From Octopus sinensis (lineage: Eukaryota), in assembly GCF_006345805.1 (NCBI RefSeq), contig NW_021832435.1, positions 53,392 to 117,391 on the forward strand: a stretch of 64,000 nt of DNA, in the 5' to 3' direction. Made by a program: the position numbers and the translations under genes. Every line of letters starts with the position of its first letter. Position 1 is the stretch's first letter. The notes beneath the pieces are model-generated. The model saw only the letters and a program-made list of their open reading frames with translations, had not been told where the DNA came from and made no database searches. This document shows, piece after piece, positions 49,120 to 62,760 of the stretch.

Positions 49120-49934
49120 GTACCTACCTCTACATGTATATATACACGCATATATGAGTACAGGACACCAAAAAAACGTCGAACACAATGAGAAACGAAA
49201 ACAAACACAAAACCAAGGAAATGGACATTTTTCTTAAACAACAAAAAATAGAGTACAGGACAAATAACACAAGGAAAAAACCCCTTCTTCAGTCGCCATG
49301 GTTTCATCTACTCTACGTTATATATGTATATCATCATCATTTAATGTCCGCTTTCCATGCTAGCATGGGTTGGACAGTTCGACTGAGGGCTGGCGAACCA
49401 GATGGCTGCACCAGACTTTAATCTATCTGGCAGAGTTTCTACAGCTGGATGCCCTTCCTAATGCCAACCACTCCGAGAGTGTAGTGGGTGCTTATACGTG
49501 CCACTGGCACGAGGGCCAGTCAGACAGTACTGGCAGCGGCCATGCTCAGTGGTGCTTTCTATGTGCCACCTGCACAGGAGCCAGTCCTGCACACACAAAC
49601 ACAAACACACATATATACATATATATATAGGTGCAGGCGTGGCTGTGTGGTAAGTAGCTTGTTTGCCAGCGACATGCTGCCAGGTTCAGTCCCATTGTGT
49701 GGCACCTTAGGCAAGTGTCTTCTACTATAATCTCAGACTGACCAAAAACCTTGAGTGGATTTGGTGGACAGAAATGGTCTGGGAATTGAACTCGCTACCT
49801 CATGATTGTGAGCCTGGCACTCTAACCACAGAGCCATGTGCCATCACTAAAAAAAGCATAAAGTACTAAAAAAAAAAGATACCAAAGGATATTACTTTTT
49901 CTTAAAAAAAAAAGAACTAAGTCTGTCTCTCCAA

Positions 49935-50215
49935 AATTCATCCATCCATGCCTACCATTCCTGGGAGGATCATTGGGATGGAGTCCTTATGTATTTCCTA
50001 TATTGGTCCTATCAGAAGCAAATGGCTTTAGAATTTCTGCCTGAATTCTCAAGTGTGACCCTTTGAGCTCATGGATCTTCCCCAACCACCTGGTTCTTGG
50101 TCTACCCCTAGGTCTCTCACTGGTTGGCTTGTTTTGAAGAATCTGTCCTTTGGGTCTTTTCTGTGACATTCTGATCACATGTCTTCCGTACTGGAGTTGT
50201 GATCTCTCAATGCTG
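49935..50215 (-). mobile_element. RTE LINE 3' end, (GGAT)n family
   Basis: ORF remnant MIRMSQKRPKGQILQNKPTSERPRGRPRTRWLGKI. Confidence 0.78.
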
Positions 50216-50913
50216 CACTGTGGTTTCTACGGCTGGGTGTCCTTCCTAACGCCAACCACTCCGAGAGTGTAATGGGCGCTCTTACATGCCACTGGCACAG
50301 GTGCCATTTGCATGACACCAGTATCTGCCACAACTATGATTTTTTTGGCTTGATGGGTTTTCTTCCCAAATTGTGATTTTACTAGGCTTGACAAGAAAAT
50401 CCGCAACAAATTCCCTAACCGATACGAGCATGGAGAAGTGGTCATTAAAACGATGATGATTTTACATTATCTTTTATGGAAGGGGAGGAAATTTTTACCT
50501 CCATTTCTAATAAGTATGTTGTTTATAAGAATTAGTGGTTTGAGCTGGAGAGACTCCCTGATCATCAAGTTAGCTGCTCCAGGGACCCTTCAGAAGAATC
50601 CCGTTTTAGCTGCTTGAATTCGCAATTGTACTATTTCAGTTATTTGCCAACATTCATGGTTCCGGATTCAGTCTCACTGCGTGGCAGCTTGACCAAATGT
50701 CTTCTGTAACCTCAGGCCGACCAAAGCCTTGTGAGTAGATTTGGTTGACGGAAACCAAAAGAAGCCAGTCATATATGTGTGTGTATATGTGTATATATTT
50801 ATGTGTGTGTCTGTTTGTCCCCCTCCACCATTGCTTCACGACCAATGTTGGTGTGTTTATGTCTGCATAACTTAGCAGTTCAACAAAAGAGACCAATAGA
50901 ATAAGTACTAGGC

Positions 50914-51135
50914 GGCAGAAACATTAGTACGCCGGCAAAATGCTTAGCTGTATGTCATCTACAGTTACTTTCTGAGTTCAAATGCCGTCGAAGTCGGCTT
51001 TGCCTTTCATCCTTTCGGGGTCGATTAATTAAGTACCAGTTGCGCATTGGGGTCGATGTAATCGACTTAATCCCTTTGTCTGTCCTTGTTTGTCCCCTCT
51101 ATGTTTAGTCCCTTGTGGGTAATAAAGAAATAACG
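50914..51135 (+). mobile_element. SINE family B nested in a SINE A, 13-bp TSD
   Basis: ataagtactaggc at 50901-50913 and 51136-51148. Confidence 0.88.
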
Positions 51136-51424
51136 ATAAGTACTAGGCTTATAAAGAATAAGTCCTGGGGTCGATTTCTTCAACTAAAACCCTTTAAGGT
51201 GGTGCTCCAGCATGGCCACAGTCAAATGACTAAGACAAAAGAATGAAAGAATATCGGAATAAACGAAAGTAAAGAAAGTGAGTTTGGCTGGGATTTCTTT
51301 TGTTTTTTTTTCCCCAAAAAATTTTTTTCCAAAAATTCACCAAGCCTAAACCAGATCTAGCAATAAATACCTTTGTGATTGGTGCCAATATTGGAATTAA
51401 TAATAGAAGATAGTTAGATAAAAA

Positions 51425-52090
51425 GGTGCAGGCGTGGCTATGTGGTAGGTAGCTTGCTTCCCAACCACAAGGTTCGGGAGGTGGGGGTTCAGTCCCACTG
51501 TGTTGCACCTTGAGCAAATGTTTTCTACTGTAGCCTGAGGTTGGCTAAAACCTTGTGAGTGGATTAGGCAGACAGAAACTGGAAGAAGTCCATCCTATAT
51601 CATCATCGTCATCATCGTCATCATTTAACGTCCGCTTTCCATGCTAGCATGGGTTGGACGGTTCAACTGGGGTCTGGGAAGCCCGGAGGCTGCACCAGGC
51701 CAGTCAGATCTGGTGGTGTTTCTACAGCTGGATGCCCTTCCTAATGCCAACCACTCCGTGAGTGTAGTTGGTGCTTTTTACATGCCACCGACACAGGTGC
51801 CGGATGAGGCTGGTGAACGGCCACGCTCGGATGGTGCATTTTACGTACCAATGTATTTGTGTGTGTCTGTGTTTGTTTCCCCCCACCATTGCTTGACAAC
51901 TGATGCTGGTGTGTTTACGTCCCTGTAACTTAGCGTTTCAACAAAAGAGACCGATAGAATAAGTACTAGGCTTACAAAGAATAAGTCCTGGGGTTGATTT
52001 CTTTGACTAAAAAAAAAACTCCATGAAGGTGGTGCTCCAGCATGGCTCCAGTCAAATGGTTGCAACAAGTAGAAAGAGTTACAGCAAGAG
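51425..52090. mobile_element. SINE A split by a (GAT)n RTE 3' UTR insertion (about 51601-51850, -)
   Basis: SINE 5' half, RTE tail, then SINE 3' half in register. Confidence 0.8.
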
Positions 52091-53145
52091 AATAAGAAAA
52101 AATATGACATAAAGGGTAAAAAGAAATCCCTTTCTAAAGAACTCTCTCTCAAGAGAAAAAAATATCTAAAAGCCAAAAAAAGCCCCACTCCATAAATGCC
52201 CACCCATCCAAAATGTTGGTTGAATAATGAGTGTCTTGATTAGTGGAGATGTTATCTATCACTGAAATTTTTAGCTTTGTTTTTTTTTTTTGTTTTTTTT
52301 TTTCCTTTTTATGGTGGTGAGGTCCTATCTATCTCCACCTCTGTCTGTCTGTCTCTTTATGTGTGTGTGTGTTGTGTGTGTGCCCTTTTTTTTTTGCATC
52401 CCCTCATTTTTGTTGCTCCTCCCCCTCATCCTGTTTTTTTTTTGTTTTTGTTGTTTTTTTGTTTTTATTTGTTATTACCGTTGGCACGTGTTAAACTGTT
52501 GTAATCTTAATTTAGTGTCTGATTTAAAAAAAAAAGTTAAAGTGGGGGTTCGCGAGAGAGGGGGTGGAGCGATAATCGTGGTGTGTCAGCCAGCCTCGGG
52601 GATCCTCACAATACGCACACACGCACACACACACACACACACACACGCTCACTTTCTCTTTCTTCCTCTCTCTTCCTCACACACATACGCACTTTCTCTC
52701 TCACATACACACACATACATATATACATATTCACATTTATAGATGCACACACACACACACACAGCACACTTCATGTAGTTGAAGAAGATAAGTTACGCTC
52801 ACAGAGGAATTTTTGAAGGAAATTATTTTTATCATTATTTCTTGTGTATTAAAATAAAAGATAAAGTCTACCTTGAAAGCCCGTACCCCCACCCGTCTCA
52901 TCATTTATAGAAAGCATTTTGGTTTGTGTATATATTTGTGTGTGTGTATGTACGTGCATGTGTGTGTGTATGCACGCTCATGTGTGTGTGTATGCACGCT
53001 CATATGTGTGTGTATGTGTGTTTTCATTCCCTAAAAGTGCAAAGTGCTAAACATTATCATTATTAACAACATACTTGTTAGAGATGGAGGTAAAAATTTC
53101 CTCCCCTTCCAATCATGCCCTTCCATAAAAGATAATGTAAAATCA

Positions 53146-53288
53146 AGGAGTGGCTGTGTAGTACGCAGCTTGCTTACAAACCACATAGTCCCGGGTTCAG
53201 TCCCACTGCGTGGAACCTTGGGCAAGTGTATTCTACTATAGCCTCGGGCCGACCAAAGCCTTGTGAGTGGAAACTGAAAGAAGCCCGT

Positions 53289-53335
<47 letters not shown>

Positions 53336-53520
53336 CTGTGTTTGTCCTCCCAACATCGCTTGACAACCGATGCTGGTGTGTTTACGTCCCCCATCACTTA
53401 CTGGTTTGGCAAAAGAGATCGATAGAATAAGTACTAGGCTTCCAAAAAATAAGTCCTGGGGTCGATTTGCTGGTGCTCCAGCATGGCCGCAGTCAAATGA
53501 CTGAAACAAGTAAAAAGAGA
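53146..53520 (+). mobile_element. SINE family A
   Basis: A/B boxes and tail. Confidence 0.87.
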
Positions 53521-54413
53521 AAAAAAAAAGATCATCGTTGTTTTAATGACCACTTCTCCATGCTCGCATCGGTTAGGGAATTTGTTGCGGATTTTCTCAT
53601 CAAGCGTTGTAACATCACAATTTGGGAAGAAGACCCATCAAGCCAAGAAAATCATAGTTGTGGCAGATACTGGTGTCATGCAAATGGCACCTGTGCCAGT
53701 GGCATGTAAGGGCGCCCATTACACTCTCGGAGTGGTTGATGTTAGGATGGGCGCCCAGCTGTAGAAATCATGGTGTGGCCTTCCAGCTTGTTAGCCCTGG
53801 TCAAACCATTCAACCCATGCCAGCATGGACAACAGACGCTGAATGATGATGGTGATGATGAATGCTCTTCCTGTTGCCAACCCTCACCTGTTGCCAAGCA
53901 AGGTAATATGTCCCTGTGGTCAGACATGTTTTTTACAGAAGTCTGGAAACAAAGGATGCTGCCTGCACGGCAGATACACTTGCTTACAACTGTCATCTGA
54001 TGTCAAGGCAACGGAATAGTAACACACACACGCACGCACGCACGCACGGCATGGCATGGCTCTGTAGTTAGCATGCTGGGTAAAATGTCTAGTGGCATTT
54101 CGTCTGTCTTTTACGTTCTGAGTTCGAATTTTGCTAATGTCGACTTTGCCCTTTCATCCTTTGGGATGGGGGAGGTGTGTGATAAAATAAGTACCGGTTT
54201 GAGCACTGGGGTGGATGTAATCGACAAGACCCCCTCCCTAGACATTGCTGGCCTTGTGCCAAAAATTTGAAACTAATATTTTCTGCTTCTGCAATATTTT
54301 TTTCTAAAAATTGTCTTTTGTAGAAACTGCTACTGGGGGACATCCCCTCTTCTTACAATGATGGGGAGCGGTCTTCTTCAAAGCCATGGAAGGAAACTGC
54401 TTTCCACTGTTAA

Positions 54414-54633
54414 CCCTTTCGTTACTGTATTTATTTTGAGATGCTCTGTGTTTCTTTCAATTATATTAAGTATAACAAAGAATTTAGTAAAATAACTTAG
54501 TTATCATTCAGCTAGTGTTAGGAACATAAATTGTGACTAAGGTTTGGTGGAAGATTTTAATACAAAACTTATGGAAACAAGACATTTGTAGTCAGAGCCA
54601 GAGCCAGTTTCAGCCAGGTTGGTAATGAAAGGG
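54414..54633. mobile_element. piggyBac-type MITE family 2
   Basis: TTAA-CCCTTTCGTTAC ... GTAATGAAAGGG-TTAA. Confidence 0.85.
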
Positions 54634-54734
54634 TTAATGGTAATAAAATTTTAGGTGGCTGTATTTGCTTTCTGCATTCAAAGAGTTAAAAACCAAATGG
54701 ACACTGATTAATATAGTCCCAGGCATTCCTAAAA

Positions 54735-55030
54735 GGTGCATGGTGCAGTGGTTTGTGTCGGGCTCATAACCACGAGGTAGTGTGTTCGATTCCTGGACCA
54801 GGCTGTGTTGTGTTCTTGAGCAAGACATCTTATTTCATATTGCTCCAGTTAACTCAGCTGTAGAAATGTGTTGCATCAGTCTTTGCCTTTCCCATGGATA
54901 ACATTGGTGAGGAGAGGCTGGCATGCTTGGGTGACTGCTGGTCTTCCATAAACAACCTTACGCTTGTGCCTTGGAGGAGAACTTTCTAGGTGCAATCCCA
55001 TGGTCATTCATGATTGGAAGGGGATCTTTA
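54735..55030 (+). mobile_element. tRNA-derived SINE family D (Meta/V-domain-like core)
   Basis: tggtgcagtgg..gtgttcgattcc..ttcttgagcaagacatcttatttcatattgctccagttaactcagctg; relatives at 46095-46340 and 60260-60370. Confidence 0.7.
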
Positions 55031-55574
55031 CCCTTTTATCCTTATTCCTAAAAAGACGAGTTGGTCACGGCTGGAATGTCTTTCATCATAAGTCTGCTCA
55101 ATCAAAGCTAACTTAGAGTTTTTACCATTATCATTTTTTTTAAGGTGGTGAGCTGGCAGAATCGTTAACATTCTGGGCAAAATGCTGAGCGGCATTTCGT
55201 CTGTCTTTACATTCTGAGTTCGAATGCTGCCAAGGTCGACTTTGCCTTTCATGTTCCCAGGGTTGATGAAATAAGTACCAGTTGAATGCTGGGGGTCGAT
55301 GTAATTGATATTTCCTTCCCCACCAAATTTCAGGCCTTGTGCCTGTAGTAGAAAGGATTATTATTATTATTATTATTATCATTATTATTATCGTTAAAGA
55401 TGTGAGCTGGCAGAACTATTAGTGCATCAGATTAGAATGCATATCAGCATTTTTTTTCCGGCACTCTACATTTTGAGTTTAGATCATGCTGAGGTCAACT
55501 TTTCCTTGCATCCTTTGAGGGTCGATAAAATAATGAACCTGTTGGCCTTATGCCAAAATTTGAAACCATTATTA

Positions 55575-55605
<31 letters not shown>

Positions 55606-56414
55606 TATTATTACTATTAACAGCATCATCGTCTTTATTCCACTCACAAAGGTATCACACGCACTTTTCCATAAATTGATTCCCAAAAGTAAAAATTGTT
55701 GCAATAATAATAATAATAATAATTATTTATTCCTGTGTTTGGCACAAGGCCACTTGATATTTTGGGAAAAAGTTTCGGTTGATTTTTATCAACCCCTGTT
55801 ATTTGGCTCAGCTCTTGTTTATATTATTAATTCTCAAAGGATGAAAGGCAAAAATGACTTTGGCAGAATTTGAACTCAGAACATAGGCATAACTTACATC
55901 AAAGCTGCAGGCATGGCTGTGTGGTAAGAAGCTTTCTTTGCTAGCACATGGTTCCGGGTTCAGTCCCACTGCGTGGCACTTTGGCCACGTGTCTTCTACT
56001 ATAAACCTTGGGCCGACCAAAGCCTTGTGAGTGGATTTGCTTGGCAGAAACTGAAAGAAACCCATCGTGCATATGTGTATGTATATTTTGTGTGTGTGTG
56101 TGTATATATATTTTTATCCTTTTACTTGTTTCAGTCATTTGACCCCAGGACTTCTTTTGGTTGCATGGCTGAATGATGTAATTGACCCATCCCCAGAATT
56201 GTTGTCTTTGTGACAAAATTTGAAACTTTTTCTTTCTTTTTTTTTTTTGCTGTAAATTTTGTTCTGAAAAATTTGATTTGTATGCCAGAAAATACAGTAT
56301 GTACTTATTATATCAGACAGCAGGGTGTTGTTTGAAAGAGATTTAGCTGCTATTTCTAACAATTCTAGCAAGTATGTAGGGGTTTCTTCCATTGAATAGA
56401 TACATAGACAGATA

Positions 56415-56826
56415 CTCTCTTTTACTCTTTTACTTGTTTCAGTCATTTGACTGCGGCCATGCTGGAGCACTGCCTTCAGTCGAGCAAATCGACCCCGGGA
56501 CTTATTGTTTGTAAGCCCAGTACTTATTCTATCAGTCTCTTTTGCCGAACCGCTAAGTGACGGGGACGTAAACACACCAGCATCAGTTGTCAAGCAATGC
56601 TAGGGGGACAAACACAGACACACAAACACACACACATACATATATATATATATACATATATACGACAGGCTTCTTTCAGTTTCCGTCCACCAAATCCACT
56701 CACAAGGCTTTGGTTGGCCCGGGGCTATAGCAGAAGACACTTGCCCAAGATGCAATGCAGTGGGACTGAACCCGGAACCATGTGGTTGTTTAGCAAGCTA
56801 CTTACCACACAGCCACTCCTGTGCCT
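56415..56826 (-). mobile_element. SINE family A
   Basis: Full copy. Confidence 0.9.
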
Positions 56827-56944
56827 ATAGATACATAGAAAATCAAAATAGTATTTAGTATAAGCATTCAAACATTATCACTACCTTTCCAAATCCTGTT
56901 GTATCTTCTCCATCCGCTTATTCTTTTTCTTTTTTTTTCCTTTT

Positions 56945-57323
56945 CTTTTTCTTGTTTCAGTCATTTGACTGTGGCTATGCTGGAGCACCGCCTTTAGTCG
57001 AGCAAATCGACCCCAGGACGTATTCTTTGCAAGCCTAGTACTTATTCTATCGGTCTCTTTTGCCGAACCGCTAAGTTACGGGGACGTAAACACACCAGCA
57101 TCGGTTGTCAAGCAATGTTGGGGAGACAAATGCACACACACATATATATATATATACATATACACGATGGGCTTCTTTCAGTTTCTGTCTACCAAATCCA
57201 CTCTCAGGGCTTTGGTCGGCTCAAGGCTATAGTAGAAGACACTTGCCCAGGGTGCCACGCAGCGGTACTGAACCCGGAACCATGTGGTTGGTAAACAAGC
57301 TACTTACCACACAGCTACTCCTA
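56945..57323 (-). mobile_element. SINE family A
   Basis: Full copy. Confidence 0.88.
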
Positions 57324-57402
57324 CAAATCAAAATTTATTTCAAAATAATAAAGGTTTTAAAAAGCATAAAAGTACAAAAAAAACATTACCAAGGGATATT
57401 CA

Positions 57403-57785
57403 TCATCATCATCATCATCATTTAGCGTCTGCCTTCCATACTGGTATGATTTAGATGGTTTGACTGGAGCTCGTAAGCTGGAGAGGTGTTCCAAGTTCCA
57501 GTCTGATTTGGCATGGTTTCTATGGCTGGATGCCCTTCCTAATGCCAACCACTTCAAGAGTGTAATGGGTGCTTTTTTATGCGCCACTGACATGGGTGCC
57601 AGTTACATGACATCAGCATTGGCCACGATATTACCTTTGGCATTAGGAATGGGAATCCAGCTGTAGAAACTCTGCGAGATCAAGATTGGAGCCTGGTGCA
57701 ACCATTTGGTTCACCAGCCCTCAGTCAAATCGTCCAACCCATGCTAGCATGGAAAGCGGACATTAAACGATGATGATGATGATGA
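57403..57785. mobile_element. Two (GAT)n RTE 3' UTR copies, head-to-head
   Basis: (CAT)n at left, (GAT)n at right, homologous bodies inverted. Confidence 0.8.
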
Positions 57786-58479
57786 TGTGTCTTTCAAAAT
57801 CCATCCATCCATCTTTGTCCACTATTCCTGGGAGGGTTGTTGAAGGCAGAGTCCTCAAGCACCTCCTCCTCCTCAGGCTCTATCAGAAGTGACCATTGTT
57901 AGACTTTGGACAGATTCCCAAGAATGACCAACTGAGACCATGTTCTGTATATTATCCAACCATCTGGTTCTTGGTTCAACACTTTCGTGTTCAAATTACT
58001 CTGCCAAACGTAAAGCTTATTTTTTCACATCATTTTGAATTAGTCATATATTGCTTCACAGCTTTCAGCTTTTGATGATGTTACTGTCTATTTTTAAGAT
58101 GACATTGTAGGGTAGGTGTGAAAGGCTAGACCTGACCAGTTTGAACTCAAAGCAGGAGGTGTTTTGGGGTCAGATATAGCTGGTTTAACCCTTTAGTATT
58201 CAGATTTCTTTGTAAATTTATTGCTTATTTATTCAGTTTTGAATTTATTTGGCATTCTCTTGTTGCTTCAATATTCTGATGATGCAATTGTATATATTTA
58301 GAGTGACATTGTAGAGTAGGTGTGAGAGGCCAGACCTGGCTAGTTTGACCTCAAAACAGGAGGCGTCTTTGGGCCAGATATAGCTGGTTTAAATGCTAGA
58401 GGGATAATGATTCTGTTAATTTGCCACTCTGTATAATTGTTGATTTAGGCACAAGGCCAAAACAATTGGTTGGGTAGTA

Positions 58480-59760
58480 ATTAGTGAATCATGTCTACCC
58501 GAGTACTTTCTAAGTGCTTTTTATTAATGACCCTGGTAAGATGAAAGTCGTAATTAACCTCTGTAGAATTTGAACTGGGAACTTAAAGAACTGTAATGAA
58601 ATACTGCAAGGTATTTTGTCAGTTCACCATCCAATAATCTTTTATAATAATGGTTTCAAATTTTGGCATAAGGCCAGCCATTTGGGGAGGTGGGGGTAGT
58701 CAATTACATCAACCCCCAGTGTTGATAAAAGGTGAAGTTGACATTGGCAGAATTTGAACTCAGGACATGAAGACTGGCAAAATGCCGCTAAGTATTTTCT
58801 CTGCTGTACTAATGATTCTGCCAGCTCACTGCCCTCTGTTAATAATAGTAATGATCCTTTCTTCTATAGGCACAAGGCCTGAAATTTAGGAGAAGGAAAT
58901 AGTTGATCACCTCAGCCCCCAGCTGGTACTTAACTTTATCAACCCCAAAAGGATGAAAGATTAAGTTGACCTTGGCAGCATTTGAACTTAGGATGTAGTG
59001 GTGGGTGTAATACTGCTAAGCATTCCGTACAGCGTGCTAATGATTCTGCCAGCTCACCGCTCTATGATAATAATGATAATAATAATAATAACAATCTTTT
59101 CTTCTCTAGGCACAAGGCCCGGAAATTTTGGGGAGGGTGCCAGTCGATTAGATTGACTATAGTATGCAACTGGTACTTAATTTATCAACCCTGAAAGGAT
59201 GAAAGGCAAAGTCGACCTCGGTGGAATTTGAACTCAGAATGTAAAGACAGATGAAATACCTATTTCTTTACTACCCACAAGGGGCTAAACACAGAGGAGA
59301 CAAACAGGGACAGACAAACGGATTAAGTCGATTTTATCGACCCCAGTGCATAACTGGTACTTATTTAATCGACCCCGAAAGGATGAAAGGCAAAGTCAAC
59401 CTCAGCGGAATTCAAACTCAGAACGTAGCGACAGTGAAATACCACTAAGCATTTCACCAGGCATGCTAATGTTTCTGCCAGCTCAACACCCTATAATAAT
59501 AGTAATAATAATAATAATAATAATAAGGGTTTCAAATTTTGCCACAAGGGCAGCAATTTTGGAGGAGGGGGTTGAGTTGATTACATCGACTCCAGTGTGT
59601 AACTGGTACTTATTTTATCGACATCAAAAGAAAGAAAGAAAGAAAGGCAAAGTTGACCTCGACAGAATTTGAACTCGGAATGTAAAGACAGACAAAATGC
59701 CACTAATCATTTTGCCTGGCGTGCTAAAGAATCTGCCAGTTCATTGCCCTATAATAATAA
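58480..59760 (-). mobile_element. Cluster of ~6 SINE family B copies
   Basis: Repeated gaaaggatgaaaggcaaagtcgacctcgg..gaatttgaactcag separated by (AAT)n. Confidence 0.82.
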
Positions 59761-59873
59761 CAATAATAATAACGATGATGATGATGATAATAATAATAAT
59801 GAAATCTCTCTCAAATAATTAACGATAATAGCAGGTGCCATTCATAAAAGTATAGAACCTTTTTAAGACATTA

Positions 59874-59918
<45 letters not shown>

Positions 59919-62079
59919 GTAGTAGTAGTAGTAGTAGTAGTAGTAGCACTGTTGGTGTTACATTTCAGTGTTGTGTTCTGCAGATTATAACATACAGATA
60001 AGGAAAATTAAATTACCAAAAAATGTGTTTTAATTGGGGATGAGCTGACATCTTCAGTCTTTGTAATCTGGGTGGTGGTGGTGGTGGTGGTGTTTAGCCC
60101 CAGGTCAGTCCCGATACGGGAGACCTGTGTTAAAAGGCTTTCTTGTCGTGGCCATTAGATTTCCACACCTACCAAAATTAACCCAAAATCTGTCGGTTGG
60201 CCTGTGGCTGTAATCGGTTGTTCTTGCTATTATTTTAGCTGTATGTCAGCCTTGTGAAAGTGCGTGGCTTAGTGGTTAGAGCATTGGGCTCGTAATCATG
60301 TGGTAGTGAGTTCAATTCCTGGACTGGGTTGTGTGTTGTGTTCTTGAGCAAGACACTTTATTTCACGGGGCACTTAGCACATCAGACAAAACGCTGACAA
60401 CCTGTCCACCCTATGCCAACATAGAAAGCAGAAGTAAAATGGTGATGTACATATGTACATAGACAGCCCAGCCTGGAGCAAAACGGACTGTCGAATTTGA
60501 TTATATAAATATATTGTTACCAGCGACTAAAGGCGGTGCTCCAGCATGGCCACAGTCAAATGACTGAAACAAGTAAAAGAAAGAAAAGAAAGAAAGCGTC
60601 GCCTTACTGGCACTTGTGCCGGTGGTACGTGAAAAGCAACGTTTGAGCAAGGGCGTTGCCAGTGCCGCTGGATTGGTTCCTGTGCAGGTAACACGTTAAA
60701 ACATCATTTGAGCATGGCCGTTGGCAGTACCACCTGACTGGCCCTCGTGCTGGTGGCACATAATAGCACCCACTACACTCTCGATGTGGTTGGCGTTAGG
60801 AAGGGCATCCAGCTGTAGAACCTCTGACAGATCAGATTGGGGCCTGGTGCAGCCATGTGGCTCACCAGTCTCCAGTCAAACCGTCCAACCCATGCCTGCA
60901 AGAAAAATCATAGTTGTCAACTAAACTTGACTAAGGGTGTGAATAACACCTACATTGCTAGAAATAGAAGCTAAAGTGTTCATATATATATATGTGTGTA
61001 CGTGTGTGTGTGTGTGTGTGCGTATGTATTTGTTTTTATGTCTGTTGATATCCCCCATTTCTTCACAACCAGTGGTTTGTTTACATGTCCATAACTTAGC
61101 TGTTTGGCAAAAGATATCAATGAAATAAGTGCCAAACTTAATAAGTACTGGAGTCAATTTGTTTGAGAGAAAACTTTGAATGCAAAGCCCCAGCCTGGCC
61201 ACTGTCCTATGACTGAAACAAGTAAATCATCATTTAATGTTCATTGTCTTTGCTGGCATGGGTTGTACAGTTTGACCAGGGTTGGTAAGCCAAGGGGCTA
61301 CTCCAGACTCCAGTCTGGTTTGGCATGGTTTTTACAGCTGGATGCCCTTCCTAATGCCAACTGTACCGAGAGTGTAATGGGTGCTTCATATGTGCCACTG
61401 GCACAGGTGCCAGTTATATAACACCAGTATCTTCCTTGACTATGGTTTCATTTGGCTTGTTGGGTCTTCTACTCAAGCACCGCCGATTGCTGAAGGTTTT
61501 GGTCATTTGTCATTGCCTCTGTAAAGCCCAACACACAAAAGGCACTTTTTACATCCCATCGGCACAGGTGCTAGTTAGGTGATGGCAAACTGGTCATGGT
61601 ATTGATAAGATGCAGTAGTGCTCAGATGGATGAGATCTTAATCTCCACCTTCCTCCTGGGTTTGTGCCTTCAGCATTGAGGTTTAGCTATGTCAATCCAT
61701 TATGTTGGTTGAAAAGCAGATAAACAGTTTCCATTCTTCTCCCATTGAGGGTCACCAAGCTTGACCAAACAGATTCATTGGAATCTATATTATTGCACAC
61801 ACCTACAGCTTTTGCATTTATTATGTATGAATGTGGTTGCGGAAAAAGCCTTGGCATTCCTGAAACAGCTGTTGAGATGAGGCCTTTACATAATACCTTT
61901 TACTTTGTTCTTAATCTGGATGTTGTATTCCATGTTGTAAATCTATGCATTAAGCCCACTTGTACTTAACTGCCTTTCTACCTCCTAAATGCATTAACTC
62001 AAATGTGCACACACAAATGCCTAGATAAAAATTGCTAAGTGCTTCTTCAGTTTTGCACTGAGATTTTTGCACATTAATT

Positions 62080-62760
62080 GTTCCCTCTGTGATGTTTGAA
62101 AATGCAGTGTAAAATGATTCATGCTCAAATCAAAAGTATTTTGGTCAGAAAAAAAGAAGTCAACTACATCCTTTGATTTCTTTGAAAAACAACGGCATTA
62201 ACACTCCTAGATTCCTTTAATTCCTTCTGAATTACATGTGACTTTTTTTTTATTTATCATTAAACAAGTACGAGGCTAGATATGTTGTAGGTGGTGTATG
62301 CTCAATTATATCAACCCAAGTTCATGACTGGTACCATATTTTATTAACCTTCTCTCTCTGGAATGATGACTGCCAAAATTAATCTTCGAATTTGAGATGG
62401 TTTCCCTAATGATGTTTGAAAATGCAGTGTAAAATGATTTTCATGCACAAATCAAAAGTATTTTGGACAGGAAAGAAAATCAATTATATTATTTGATTTC
62501 TTTGAAAAACCATGGCATTAACACTCCCAGATTCCCATAATTCTTTCTGAATTACACTCGACTTTTTTTTTTCCCAGTCTTAGGAACACCTTTTTAGATT
62601 CATGAGTTTGATTATTAAACATAAGTGCAAAGCTAGATATTTTGAAGGTGGCATATGCTTAATTGTATCGACCCAAGTTCATGACTGGTATCATATTTTG
62701 TTAACCTTCTCCCTCTGGAATGATGGCTGCCAAAATCGATCTTAGTTGGATTCGAACTCA
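62080..62760. repeat. Old tandem duplication, ~320-350-bp units
   Basis: gatgtttgaaaatgcagtgtaaaatgatt.. starts at about 62091 and 62410; colinear to ..ctggaatgatg[a/g]ctgccaaaat. Confidence 0.85.

Noticed and set aside
49125-49320. Minus-strand AACGU-A-GAGUA and CUGAAGA motifs
   Set aside because: The half-motifs are in the wrong order and truncated by (TA)n, so no complete hammerhead can be folded; possibly a Penelope-tail remnant.
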